DNA of 64,000 bases from Minutocellus sp. GHC0000111 (Eukaryota), in NCBI GenBank assembly GCA_977018835.1, contig OZ361257.1, positions 4,960,001-5,024,000 of the forward strand. Direction: 5' to 3'. Shown here in pieces: positions 42,925 through 53,731 of this stretch (position 1 is the stretch's first letter; the number at the start of each line of letters is the position of its first letter). The translations under genes and the position numbers were made by a program. A model generated the notes under the pieces. That model saw nothing but the letters and a program-made list of their open reading frames with translations. It did not search any database and had not been told where the DNA came from.

Positions 42925-45880
42925 ATGCTCGATGTGCAGACGATCTCGTCGCCATCGGACACCTCCACTGTGTTCTACGATGCCCTTGATTTGCTTTCCA
43001 ATGCATCCTTGGAGAGTTGTAATGAGCATGATATGATTCCGAAGCCTGTGGAAAAGACGTCGCCGACTGGCAGTCAACACAAGAAGACGCCGCCACAGAA
43101 TCGATCGGCGCAGTGGTTCGATGATGATGATCATGCCAATGCTTTCGAGGAGAAATGTGATATTGGACATGCGGATTTGACCTTGTGTCTGCCGCCGCCA
43201 ACTCCCAAAAGTAGCAATGCCACATCGACGACGACGCTGCCTTTGCCAGGTGTTTCGCCCAACTCGGCCTTTCGAAGGCTCGGACCTCGTGTCGATAAAG
43301 TCACAATGCAAAATGCTTGGCTTGGTATGGGTTCATCGAAAAAGGAGGCGATGAGCATGCCTGAAATGGACCATCGTACGCGGACGCAACACGAAATTGA
43401 AAAGAGGTCGGTATCGCCGAGTGCCCACGACCAACAAAATCATGGTACAGCATCTCGCGATGCATCCCGTGATGAGTACGAAGAAAATGATACGATCCAC
43501 CCCGTCGTTTCCATTCATGAGGTGAATATATGCGACGATGGTAGCGTTGATGGGTACAGCAGCGGTGAAGATAGTGGCAGATTTTGCGCCATCGACCCCT
43601 CTCGATCGTACAACATGGCATCACCATCGGCGGCAGATATCTATGCAATAGAGTATGCCCAGTCCATAGAGCATCAAGATTTGTCGTCGTGCTCATACTC
43701 CCCGATATCGAAATGCAGATTGCTGCACGATGAAGGTCAAAGCAGCAGACGAGAGGACAATGAGGTGGACAAGGTCCTATCCAAATCACCCGAGAAATGG
43801 CTACCGTCACCCTTGCCGGAGGGCGACGACGAAATGAGAGATGCTGCGTCCAAAGCACCCAAGATGTCTTCATTGCGAAGGTACAAGACTTGGTCTCCAA
43901 GAAGTCCCCACAAAGAACAGTCTCCTCTGACGAGAAATTCTGATCGAACTACTTCTTCAACCGATGCTTCTTCTGACGAACAAAATAATGACGACAATCC
44001 ATTTTTGTTGGAGGACGTCTCAGACGATAGCCCTCGCATTGATATTGCCCAGACTCACGACGACGGGGAGATTGAACTTGCAGTGCACGAAAACTTGAAC
44101 GGCTCCTCTATATCGAATGATGGTTCCACATCGCTGGACGTGTATACCCCATCCTCCTCGGAGCACAGCCGACGGGGCCATTTGCGACTTCGTCGGGCAG
44201 TGACGCTGCCAAGTCCCAGACGTCTGTTTAAAGAATTCTCTCCCAAATTTACTAGTCCTATCAAGCTTCGTCGGCGCGCCCAATCAAATGATGGTGGGGT
44301 TCAGCCTGTGGATGTCTTGCCCAAAAATGTCGTCACAGCTCAGAGCGGAACAAATGTAGGCAAGGCAGTGGGAGCTGTAGATTTTGATCCTCTCCTTCTC
44401 ATCGGCAGCATCACCCTGGCCCACGCCGGGCCAATCTGGAGGATGGAGTTTAGCCCCGATGGACGATATTTGGCCACTGCTGGTGATGATGGTCTTCTTT
44501 CAATCTACCAAGTGGCCCCAAAGAAGCCAAAATCTATCGACCTCTGCCCAACGGCAGCCGCTCTGAAAGAGTGGGAGGAAGCCCAAGGAGCACCACCACC
44601 GACAGATCCTCGAGGTAGCGGGCCCGCACTAGGCACCGACATTGAGATTCTTTCTTCCAAACCCTTGCGTAGATATCGAGAGCATACCGCGGATATTGTC
44701 GATTTGTCCTGGTCACGAACGGGCTTTCTTCTCACCGCCTCCTTGGACAAGACGGTTCGACTGTGGCATGTAAGCAAGAAGACAAGCCTCAAGACCTTTG
44801 CCCATGCTTCGTTCGTCACTTCGGTTAGCTTCCACCCAACGAAAGACAAATACTTTGTCTCGGGGAGCTTCGATCGAAAGGTAAGGGTCTGGGATACCCC
44901 CTCGGGTCGAGTTACCGAGTGGGCGCAGGCTCCAGATCGTATTTCCTCTGTGACCTTCACACCTGACGAAGAATATGTCGTCGCAGGATTGTTCCGTGGC
45001 CAAGTTCTCTTTTATACAGCAGATGGTCTCAAGTATTACACTCAGGTCTCTGCTAGAGATCGGCATGGGTCTAAACAAAGTGGAGCAAAAGTCACGGGGT
45101 TCTCGTTTCGTCGAATGAGAAAGGATGTCGACGGAAGAGAGCGGTCTCTGTCCTGCACTTCGCCTACCAGTACTGTCAAGGACTATTGTGACAAAGAAAC
45201 GCCGTCACCGACAAAGAGAAGAAGACGGCTCAACAGAAAATCTATGAATCTAGAAGAAGTTAGGAGGCAGGCAAGAAAACTGAAGGTATCACCCAAGCTC
45301 ATCAAGGTCGCCTTTCATCGGATGAAACGACGTGATCGAAATGCTTTAATGTTCAAGGAACAAATTCTTGTGTCCACTAACGACTCGAGACTGCGGCTCT
45401 TTGGACTCGATGACTACTGTCAAGAAAAGAAGTACAAGGGCTTGAAGAACACTAGCCTCCAAATCAAGGCACGGATAAGCGAGTCGGGACAGTACATCAT
45501 CTCGGGGTCGGATAGCGGTGGGTTGATGCACATTTGGAATGCTACCGCACGAAACTCGCCCTTTGAGCATTGATTCGCACGGTATCCACACCAGTAGGGG
45601 AATCGAAAAGTCATGGGCAAGCGAGAGCTTTCAAGTTACGAACTATCAGCGGAAGCCAATTGTTACTGATGCACACTTTGTTCCGACTATTGTGTTGAAG
45701 CGTGCCATGAAGCGAAGTGGTCTATTTCCGACCATCTCGGACCAGCTCGATGATCTGGATCATGATCTTTCTAGTGCTGCAATCATCACATGCGACTATG
45801 AAGGAAGTATTCGAATATTATTGAGAAAGCAAGTATTTGACGATGCAATCAAAGCGGCGGGGCCCGAGGGTTTCCACTGA
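42925..45880 (+). pseudogene. WDR44-like WD40-repeat protein, frameshift near the C-terminus
   Basis: AHAGPIWRMEFSPDGRYLATAGDDG, HTADIVDLSWS..GFLLTASLDKTVRLWH, FVTSVSFHP...YFVSGSFDRKVRVW and ILVSTNDSRLRL. The last blade (...IITCDYEGSIRI...*45880) is in another frame after ccctttg at ~45562. Confidence 0.8.
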
Positions 45881-45935
45881 TTGATAGATTCACTAGCTCA
45901 GTGGTAAAATGCTTAGCTCTTATGGACTACAACAG

Positions 45936-48518
45936 TTACTTTTCCCTTTTCTCTCCATTAATTGCTTCTTCCTCGTCGGTACTTTCCAGATTTTTTAGTA
46001 TGGTTGAATACTCGTGCAGCTTCTCATCTACCTTGAAATTCAATGTGCCTTCTGGATATTTTCCTTTACTGTCTAGCTCTCCGGCGTCTACCCCAGTCAA
46101 CAAAGACAGTGCCTCGTCCACATTTTTGTATGTGTAGACATGAAATTTTCCTTGCTGCGCTGCCTCAACAATATCAGGCCGAAGCATGAGGTGAGGGGCG
46201 TTGCTTTCTGGAATCAGCACGCCTTGTTCACCGGTGAGGCCTGTAGCTGATGCTTTGCAAACATCGCAGAAGCCTTCAATCTTCTCAGTAGCACCACCGA
46301 TTGGCTGTGCTTGACCAAATTGATTTGTACTGCCAGTAATTGCGAGGTTCTGTTTGATTGGCACGCCGCTCAACGATGATAAAATAGCACAAAGCTCCGC
46401 CATTGATGCCGAGTCACCATCGATTTGGCCGTATGACTGCTCAAATACCAAACTAGCTGACACGGCGAGTGGGAACTCCTTTGCGTACCGATGCGCCAAT
46501 AGAGACGAGAGAATCATGACGCCCTTGGAGTGTATACTGCCGCCAAGTTCTACCTCACGCTCAATATCAGCAACTTTGCCCCGACCCAGGCGCGTGGTTG
46601 CCGTAATCTTTGAGGGACGACCAAAGGCCAACTTTCCGAGAGCCAAGACGCTGAGTCCATTAACCTGCCCGATCGCAGACCCATCTACATCTATAATGAG
46701 TGTACCACAGCGAATTTGCTCATAAATCAGCTCTCGAACTCTGTCGGCTCTATAGATTTGCTCTTCTAGTGCCTTCTCAATGTGTCTTCCGCAAATTATG
46801 CTTGAGCTGTCTGCCTCGGCATAAAAATCGGCCTCGCGAAGCAGGTCAGTCACGGTAGTCATGTGAGTAGAAAGCTTTTCTTGATCACCAACTCTCCGGG
46901 CCGCTTGTTCTATTACACCGGCGACAGCATCTCGGTCCAGAGCCCTTGTTTCTTCAGAGTTCGCGATTGATGCGAGCATCTGTGCATATAGCTGACAGGA
47001 CTCATCTGAGCGGTCGACATCATCATTGAAGTCAGCCGCAACCTTGAAGATCTCATCAAAGTCAGGATCATACTGTTGCAATAAGTAATAGAGCATACGA
47101 TCACCAAGAAGAACCACCTTTACGTCCAAACTGATGGGCTCAGGTTGGATTGTCACTGACAGTTCTGCTCCGAGGCTCTCGATCTTCACCGAGTGACCTC
47201 TTATGGCTCTTTTCAATGATTCCCACGCAAATGGCTGCATTAACACATCCCTCGCACGAAGTTCCAAATATCCGCCGTTTGCCTTGTGTAGCGCACCGCA
47301 CTTGATGAGGGAAAAATTGGTTACAAGCGACCCCATCATTGAGGCGTGGTCGATTCTTCCCATGAGGTTGTGATGAAAAGGGTGTTCCTCATATATCACC
47401 GGAGCGCCTTCTACTTCAGAGTTGTCCACGAACAAGTTGATCTGGTATTTTTCGAACGATAGGCGCTTGGGTTGGGACATGATGGATAATGGCGATTCAT
47501 TCTCCTCGTTTTCGGAGTGGATGCGGTCGTAATTTTCCATCATATCGTCCCGTAAGGCGTTCAAGTGAGCTATGACTTCATCGAACTCGCCATATTTTGT
47601 GCGTAACGACGCCATGTGGTCATCAATTACTCCCTTGGCACAATTTCTATTCAAATCCTTTGCCTTGGACATCGCTTCTTTGCGTAATTTGGGCACTTCA
47701 TTGATGAGCTTCTCGACTCGAGGCTGCAGCTCTTTCGCGGCTTTGGCCTTGAACTCCTCTTCTTCCGGACTGAAGGGCTCGCCGTCCTCCTTCTTCTCCG
47801 GTCCGGCAATGACGAACGATCCGGTCTGCGTCCGAGCGATGGAAAGTCCACTCTCCTTGGCTTCCTCAAATATGTTTTCAATCTGACGCTCATTCTCGCC
47901 AAACACGGCTTTGGTACTGTCCTCAATCTTTTGCTTATGCTCGTCTGCCTCGAGGGCTTCCGGAATGGCCGTTTGGAGCTCCTCGGTTAGCGTAGCGACG
48001 TCCTTTATGAGTTCCTTGCCCATACCGGCCGCCAAACTAATGGCCTTGGGCTTGTCACCATCGACAAAAGTGTGCACGTAGCACCAATCTGGCGGCGTGG
48101 TGAAAGATTCCTTGCTGCTCACTTCCTCCAGATACTTCTTGACGATGGTTCGTTTGCCCGTCCCCTGTGGTCCTAAAACGAATAAATTGTACCCATCGCG
48201 CTTCATGTGGACGCCGAATTCAATGGCCGAGCGGGCGCGGGCCTGGTTGATCAGTGCGCCGTCATTTTCCAGTGGTGTCAGCTCGTCGGTGGTGGTGAAA
48301 TTGAACGTTGAGGGGTCGAGATGCCACCGAAGGCTGGAAGCCGGTAACGGCGGATGGTCTGGGGCTGGTACGAGATATTCGCTGTTGCTTTTGCTGATAT
48401 CGTCTGGTGAGAGCGTTGAAAACAATCGAATATGCGTTGTGTATGTGCTACGAGGTGCCACAAAGGCGTCTGCGGCAGATGCGGACAGGGCCAGCAGAGA
48501 TGTCGAGTGAGTTCGCAT
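45936..48518 (-). CDS. Lon-family S16 protease of LonC/YcbZ type (AAA_32 + Lon_C), predicted plastid-targeted
   Basis: Signal-like N-terminus + ADAFVAP. GPQGTGK, PPDWCYV..F, GALHKANGGYL, GQVNGLSV, FEQSYGQIDGDSAS (catalytic Ser), PIGG..EKIEGF (catalytic Lys), QGVLIPESN..HLML. No intron seen. Confidence 0.9.
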   Translation of the reverse strand: MRTHSTSLLALSASAADAFVAPRSTYTTHIRLFSTLSPDDISKSNSEYLVPAPDHPPLPASSLRWHLDPSTFNFTTTDELTPLENDGALINQARARSAIEFGVHMKRDGYNLFVLGPQGTGKRTIVKKYLEEVSSKESFTTPPDWCYVHTFVDGDKPKAISLAAGMGKELIKDVATLTEELQTAIPEALEADEHKQKIEDSTKAVFGENERQIENIFEEAKESGLSIARTQTGSFVIAGPEKKEDGEPFSPEEEEFKAKAAKELQPRVEKLINEVPKLRKEAMSKAKDLNRNCAKGVIDDHMASLRTKYGEFDEVIAHLNALRDDMMENYDRIHSENEENESPLSIMSQPKRLSFEKYQINLFVDNSEVEGAPVIYEEHPFHHNLMGRIDHASMMGSLVTNFSLIKCGALHKANGGYLELRARDVLMQPFAWESLKRAIRGHSVKIESLGAELSVTIQPEPISLDVKVVLLGDRMLYYLLQQYDPDFDEIFKVAADFNDDVDRSDESCQLYAQMLASIANSEETRALDRDAVAGVIEQAARRVGDQEKLSTHMTTVTDLLREADFYAEADSSSIICGRHIEKALEEQIYRADRVRELIYEQIRCGTLIIDVDGSAIGQVNGLSVLALGKLAFGRPSKITATTRLGRGKVADIEREVELGGSIHSKGVMILSSLLAHRYAKEFPLAVSASLVFEQSYGQIDGDSASMAELCAILSSLSGVPIKQNLAITGSTNQFGQAQPIGGATEKIEGFCDVCKASATGLTGEQGVLIPESNAPHLMLRPDIVEAAQQGKFHVYTYKNVDEALSLLTGVDAGELDSKGKYPEGTLNFKVDEKLHEYSTILKNLESTDEEEAINGEKREK

Positions 48519-48951
48519 CGATTGCAATTGTAGCGTTCCGAGATGTCTTGTTTCACGAGAAAAGGAGAGACTTTGCTTCGATCGTTGAATTGATTGCGAT
48601 ATGATTCGCCTAATGATCAGAGGTGGTATTATTCTGTTGAATACAATTGATTGCATCGAGGAGGGTTCTGAAAAGAAGCATGCATTAAAGCGTCAAAGAG
48701 TCATGAGCAGGTCTTCATTGTTCTGCACATCGCTCATGGTGTCGAGCGGGTTCTGGATTTGGCAAGAAAACCCCGAGTTTTCAAAGGAAATGGGAGAATG
48801 GGTAGGTCCTCTTTTCTGTCTGTCCGTCATCGCTCACAAAGCGGCACATCTGCTTGTGCTGCCTGTTGTGCTGACTTTTTACTCGTGCTGGATACGCCAT
48901 TATTACCCCTCTTCAACGCTCGATATACCCTTGAATTGATATCGTTCTGTC

Positions 48952-49947
48952 ATGTCGGATGTAGTGGAATTAGCCGGAGAAAGTTTTGGAGGCGATCGGC
49001 CCGCGAAGAAGCCAAAGCACAATGAAATCGTGGCGTTCGGCGGACCTATGGACGATGAGGAAACCGCTCGGAAGAAGCTCGAGGAGGCTGGGTTTGATCC
49101 TGACAAGCCGTTAGATCCCGTATTTCCTTTAATGTACCCTGATCACTTTCCCGTGACTTATTTTTGCAGCGTCGGTGATCTCATGATGTGCCGGTACCTG
49201 CTCTCGAAAGGCGCCTCAACAACTCAAAGTTGGGTCGACGATGACGAAGACGATGCTAAAGGATTAAACAGCCTACCTTCACCGATGTTCGCAGCTGCTC
49301 GCGGAGGGCATTTAGATATCTGCAAATGGCTATGCGAATACGGTGCAAGCAAAGATATACAAACGACCAATAACTACTATTGCAGCCCTCTGTGCACTTC
49401 GGTAACCCAAATCAGTGAAGGGCTAGGGATCGATTCCTCCGAAATAGAAAGTTATAGAAAAGTTTGCCGCTGGTTGATCCTAAATGGAGCTCTTTGTCCC
49501 AATGACGATGGCATTATCAGCTTGGCCCTTATTAATGAGGCATTGGTACCAGCATTCGCGCAAGAAGACGGTTATGAGGAAGCGGAAGTGCTCCATTTGA
49601 TTGAGTGGGCAAAGGATACACTGCGAACACAAGAGAGTTTCATGACTTTTTTGATGGGGACGTACCTTCGCGATGTACCCACATTCACCACAGAAGGCTT
49701 TGAAGCGATGCTGGGGAAGAAATTTCATTCACCGGTATCGAAAGAAATTATCTTGAATCATCTTCCCGAGGCTCAACGGCGGTTGTTGTGGGGAGAGGAG
49801 AGGAATGACTGCGCTCTTCAGTGTCTGTCCGGACACCCTGAAATTCGAAAGCATATTGCAGACATGCTGGGAGTAGTGAGAGGGACGGAGCTTCGCATGA
49901 TGCGTGGACTGAGACGGTGTTTGGAAATCATTCTTGAGCACACGTAA
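48952..49947 (+). CDS. Ankyrin-repeat protein, copy 1 (intact)
   Basis: GDLMMCRYLLSKGAS, SPMFAAARGGHLDICKWLCEYGA and WLILNGAL. C-terminal LQCLSGHPEIRKHIADMLGV. Confidence 0.85.
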   Translation: MSDVVELAGESFGGDRPAKKPKHNEIVAFGGPMDDEETARKKLEEAGFDPDKPLDPVFPLMYPDHFPVTYFCSVGDLMMCRYLLSKGASTTQSWVDDDEDDAKGLNSLPSPMFAAARGGHLDICKWLCEYGASKDIQTTNNYYCSPLCTSVTQISEGLGIDSSEIESYRKVCRWLILNGALCPNDDGIISLALINEALVPAFAQEDGYEEAEVLHLIEWAKDTLRTQESFMTFLMGTYLRDVPTFTTEGFEAMLGKKFHSPVSKEIILNHLPEAQRRLLWGEERNDCALQCLSGHPEIRKHIADMLGVVRGTELRMMRGLRRCLEIILEHT

Positions 49948-50200
49948 ATTGAAGAAGAAATTCCGTTCACCCGAAGCGGCACATGCGATCCTGGCGTCTC
50001 TTCCCGAGGATCAGCATCAGTTTGTATGGGAAAAGGAACGTAAGGCATTGAATCATTGTGATCTTCAGTGTCTGTCCGGTCACCCAGGAATTCGGAAGCA
50101 CATTGCCGATCCGCTTGGAGTCAAATGCGGAAGAGATCTTCGTATCATGCGTAATTCAAGACGGGGTCTGAGAGCCTATTTGAGCACAAGTACTCTGTAG
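49945..50200 (+). pseudogene. Duplicated 3' fragment of the ankyrin-family gene
   Basis: KKFRSP...LPEDQ...LQCLSGHPGIRKHIADPLGV..GRDLRIMR; lacks the N-terminal ankyrin part. Confidence 0.8.
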
Positions 50201-50479
50201 AATGAAAAAAGGAATGTCTTCTCCGATGGTATAAAAATTTCCCATGGCATTCGGTATGGGCTCATGGCATTCGGTATGGGCATAGGGAAGTCGAAAACGA
50301 AACAATTGTGAGCAGAAGTGTGATACTTAGGAATTGCTCAGCATCTTAAACTCTAAAAAGCTTACAAATCTATATAACATCTCTCAAGCGTCCTCCTTGG
50401 CCCCGCTATTATCATAACTGACCATTCTATCCAGGCCCTTCGTTTCCTTTCTTTATAAACTTCGTTTCTCTTCGGAATG

Positions 50480-51783
50480 CTATCGATAGGCAGAAATCGA
50501 GAGTTCCGGGCTCATCATCAAATAAAGGATTCCGACGGTCCCAATCATTTGGACCGCGGTATGGGCTCCAAATCGAGCAGGCCCGACCCTGTTGTCATCA
50601 CAAAGCTTTTGGGTCAATGCGACGGTGCAAAAGAATCCCGTTACCATCACCACGCTCTAAACAGTATGTATGGTGTCCCATTCAGCGACGAATTGCGGTA
50701 TTCTGGACTTTGTCTCTGCTGCAAATGGGAGGTAAAAGGTATCCGGGAGCCGTGCGAGGACCAAGCCGAGCCTGGGCGATGATATGGTAGCAAATATGTG
50801 TTAGCGGTATGTATAAAAGACATCCAATAATTGTACGCAAAGAAGTGGTTACTTACTCTCGCATCCCTTATCCCAACCAGTACGCAGTCAGCGACCCCCA
50901 AGCAAGAGGAAGGTAACCATACCCAATCTCCTGGATGCCAACCTTGACAGTCTTCCTCAGAATGCTCATGAATTCGAAGAGGTTGAGACGGCCCAGACCG
51001 AGTACATCTGCCTTATCGAACAAGGCACTGGACTCCTCGTTTGTGAGGGGCTTCTTGAAATATCCCAGGTCGGACATTGTGTTGAACTCCTCCTTCGTAA
51101 TGAACCCATTTCCGTTCTTGACGAGTCGATTGAAGATCTCTACGAATGTGAGTTGAGTCTGCAGCTCGTTTTCTGCCTTGATGCTTCGATAGGTTGGACT
51201 CGAGGGTCGTCCGGCCTCTTTAGTTGAGAAGTAAAGGTCTGAGATATCGTCCATTAAAGTTGCAATGGATCGGCGATGTCTTCCGCTAACAAAGTCTCAT
51301 AGAGGTTTACGATTGCTGTGTTTTCTGCGGGCTGACGAGTCAATTGTCGCCTCCAAATCTTCGCTAAAGTCTCCAGAGGCCCACTAGCAGCATCGGCAGC
51401 ATAACTCAATGTACCCGGCAAGGCAAGGATCGCAGCAGAAAGCGCAGCATGGGTGGCAAAAGGCACATCGAAAGCAGGCGGTGCTTCGGCAATGGACGGA
51501 TCAAGACCCACATCTGCAAGGATCTTGGGTAGATAATGCAAAACCACGGCACCCTGCGGAATTGTGATGATGGCTCCCAGCCAAAAGTTGGTCTCTACTT
51601 GAGATGGAGCCAGGTACTCGGGCTTTTGGAGGAATTTCGGCACGAACCACGGGAGACCAAAGTCTTGCCCCAGGGGCCGTAAATTGCACTCGGGAGCCTC
51701 CCGTTCGCAGTTCTTAACGCAGGACATGCACATCACGCAATCGCCCATGTCTCTCAGCTGCTTATTCTTCAGGTCCATCGTGC
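50480..51783 (-). pseudogene. 5'-truncated membrane 4Fe-4S-binding protein with EF-hand insertion
   Basis: DCVMCMSCVKNC...NLRPLG ferredoxin motif; EF-hand-like NGNGFITKEEF and DVLGLGRLNLFEF; YGYLPLAWG. Frameshift at ~51260, TAA at 50868-50870, probable intron from 50853, TAG at 50657-50659. Confidence 0.7.
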
Positions 51784-51947
51784 TAAGGATATTTTTTTGG
51801 AGAGGTAAGCTTGGAATATCCTTAATTAGAATAAGGATTTCTAAACTCCAATTGATAAGAAATGCATAGAAGAATAAGGAACATGTCCGAAATTCCAAGC
51901 TTACCCTAAGGATAAAAAAATATCCTTATAGGTGTGGCCGGACTGTA
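51784..51947. mobile_element. MITE-like remnant with nested inverted repeats and a Tc1/mariner-like right end
   Basis: TAAGGATATTTTTTT (51784-51798) pairs with AAAAAAATATCCTTA (51914-51928). GGTAAGCTTGGAAT (51804-51817) pairs with ATTCCAAGCTTACC (51892-51905). Ends ...GTGTGGCCGGACTG|TA (minus strand TA|CAGTCCGGCC). Confidence 0.6.
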
Positions 51948-51949
51948 GT

Positions 51950-52294
51950 AAAGGCACGACATTCTTGCGAAACTGGGCAAGGGATGCCATAACAGAGCAT
52001 GACAACTTTCTGGTGTTCCTCATGGGAACCTTCCCTCATGCCCAATTCACCACAGAGGAACTGCGCAAATTGCTAAATCAAAAGCTTCGGTCGCCGAATT
52101 CTTTAACTACCATCATGGAGAGCCTATCAGAGTACCAGCAGCTGTCTTTGTGGAACAGCGAGCAGAGGCAGCCCAGCATCATTCAGTGCCTATCGGGTCA
52201 CCCTGGAATTCGGAAGCATATTGCTGACATGATTGGAGTGGTGAGAGGAAGGGATCTTCGCATTCTGCGTGGCCTGGAGCGGGTGGTCTTCTAA
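51950..52294 (+). pseudogene. 5'-truncated ankyrin-family copy
   Basis: WARDAITEHDNFLVFLMGT...FTTE...KLRSP...QCLSGHPGIRKHIADMIGVVRGRDLRILR. Confidence 0.8.
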
Positions 52295-52473
52295 CCTCTG
52301 ATCATCTTCTATAATGGGAAGTGAGACTCGCACACCTCGATCAGCTGACTCTGTAAATGAGATTTGCACCTTTGTCGTGATTGAGATGGCGAATCGTTTT
52401 CAACCGTAACCAATGGCCAGGTCCACACCTGTTGCTTTCGCTGGATACGCCATTGAGTTGATACCATTCTATC

Positions 52474-53491
52474 ATGTCGAATGCAGTAGAATCTGCCAGA
52501 GCTAGCGGCGGGGACAGCCGGTCCGCGAAGAAGCAAAAGTGCAATGGGACCGACGTGTTTGGTGGGCCCATGGACGATGAGGAAACCGCTCGGAAGAAGC
52601 TCAAGGAGGTTGGGTTTGACCCTGAGAGACCCGATCATTGCAAGCGCATAGCAATTGACGGGGAAGTCGACCCATATCTTCCAATGGTTTATTTTTGCAC
52701 TGTCGGTGACCTGGGAATGTGCCGATACTTGTATTCCAAGGGCGCATCGACTTACGAAAATTGGTGGGACGAAGCGTACGATGTTTATATTGGTGATTCT
52801 ACGATTGGTACCGAAGAAGAGAAAATGTTGAACAAAGTCCCTACACCAATGTATGCGGCTGCTTGCCAGGGGCATTTCGATATTTGCAAGTGGCTATACG
52901 AAGTCGGGGGATGGAAGGACATTCGATGGACAAGTACTTCATTTGATAGTCCGCTGTGCATTGCAGTATCTTGCATCAGTAAATGTGCCGATCCCACCGA
53001 AAGAGAGCGCCAAAGAGAGATTTGCCGCTGGTTGATCCTGAAGGAAGCTCTCTGCCCCTGTGACAATGGCTTCATCAGTGGTGGTCTTCTCAAAGAGGCG
53101 TTTCGGCGGTGTATCTATGGTGACGAAGCACCTTATTTTCTTGGTTGGGCAGAGGATGCAGTTCAAACACACGATGGCTTCATGGCATTTTTGACTGGGA
53201 CCTATCTTCGTGATGTACCCGCTTTCACCAACGAGGGCTTCAAAAGAATGATTAGGGACAAATTCCGCTCCTCTGAATCAGCATTTCTCGTTACGGCGTC
53301 ACTACCAACAACAGTACATGTGGGAAAACGAGCACCGCCATAGTAGTTGTGTTCTTCAGTGCCTCTCCGGACACCCTGGAATTCGTAAGCATATTGCCGA
53401 TATACTGGGAGTAGTTCGGGGTAGAGATCTTCGCATCATGCGCGAGTTGGAGGAGGGCTTACTAAATCTTAATGGAAGATGGGGATGGTAA
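52474..53491 (+). pseudogene. Ankyrin-repeat protein, full-length copy with frameshift at ~53306
   Basis: Colinear with 48952-49947 (FGGPMDDEETARKKL, GDL.MCRYL.SKGAS, GH.DICKWL). The family C-terminus LQCLSGHPGIRKHIADILGV...* lies in another frame ending at 53491. Confidence 0.8.
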
Positions 53492-53731
53492 GAATCCAGA
53501 ATCTCAAGGCTCGACATGACGGACGAACTATTTATTTCTTCCGATGCGGAGATGATCCGGCTTTGATAACAGTGCATCGAGGTACGAGTCTTCGTGACCA
53601 TTCATTTGACGTCAAATGACGCATCAGACCTCCTCAACGACACCGCTCGTGATGTGGAGCCAAACAGATTGCCCCGGCTTCCCGATTCCCACCACTTCCA
53701 CCACTTTATCACTCTTCTCTTTTCAAGCTCC

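Noticed and set aside
298..50870. Stop-codon reassignment (alternative nuclear genetic code) to explain in-frame TAA/TGA/TAG
   Set aside because: All three stops terminate intact genes here, the implied residues are inconsistent (W, R, Q, L, K/E), and the same genes often also carry frameshifts.
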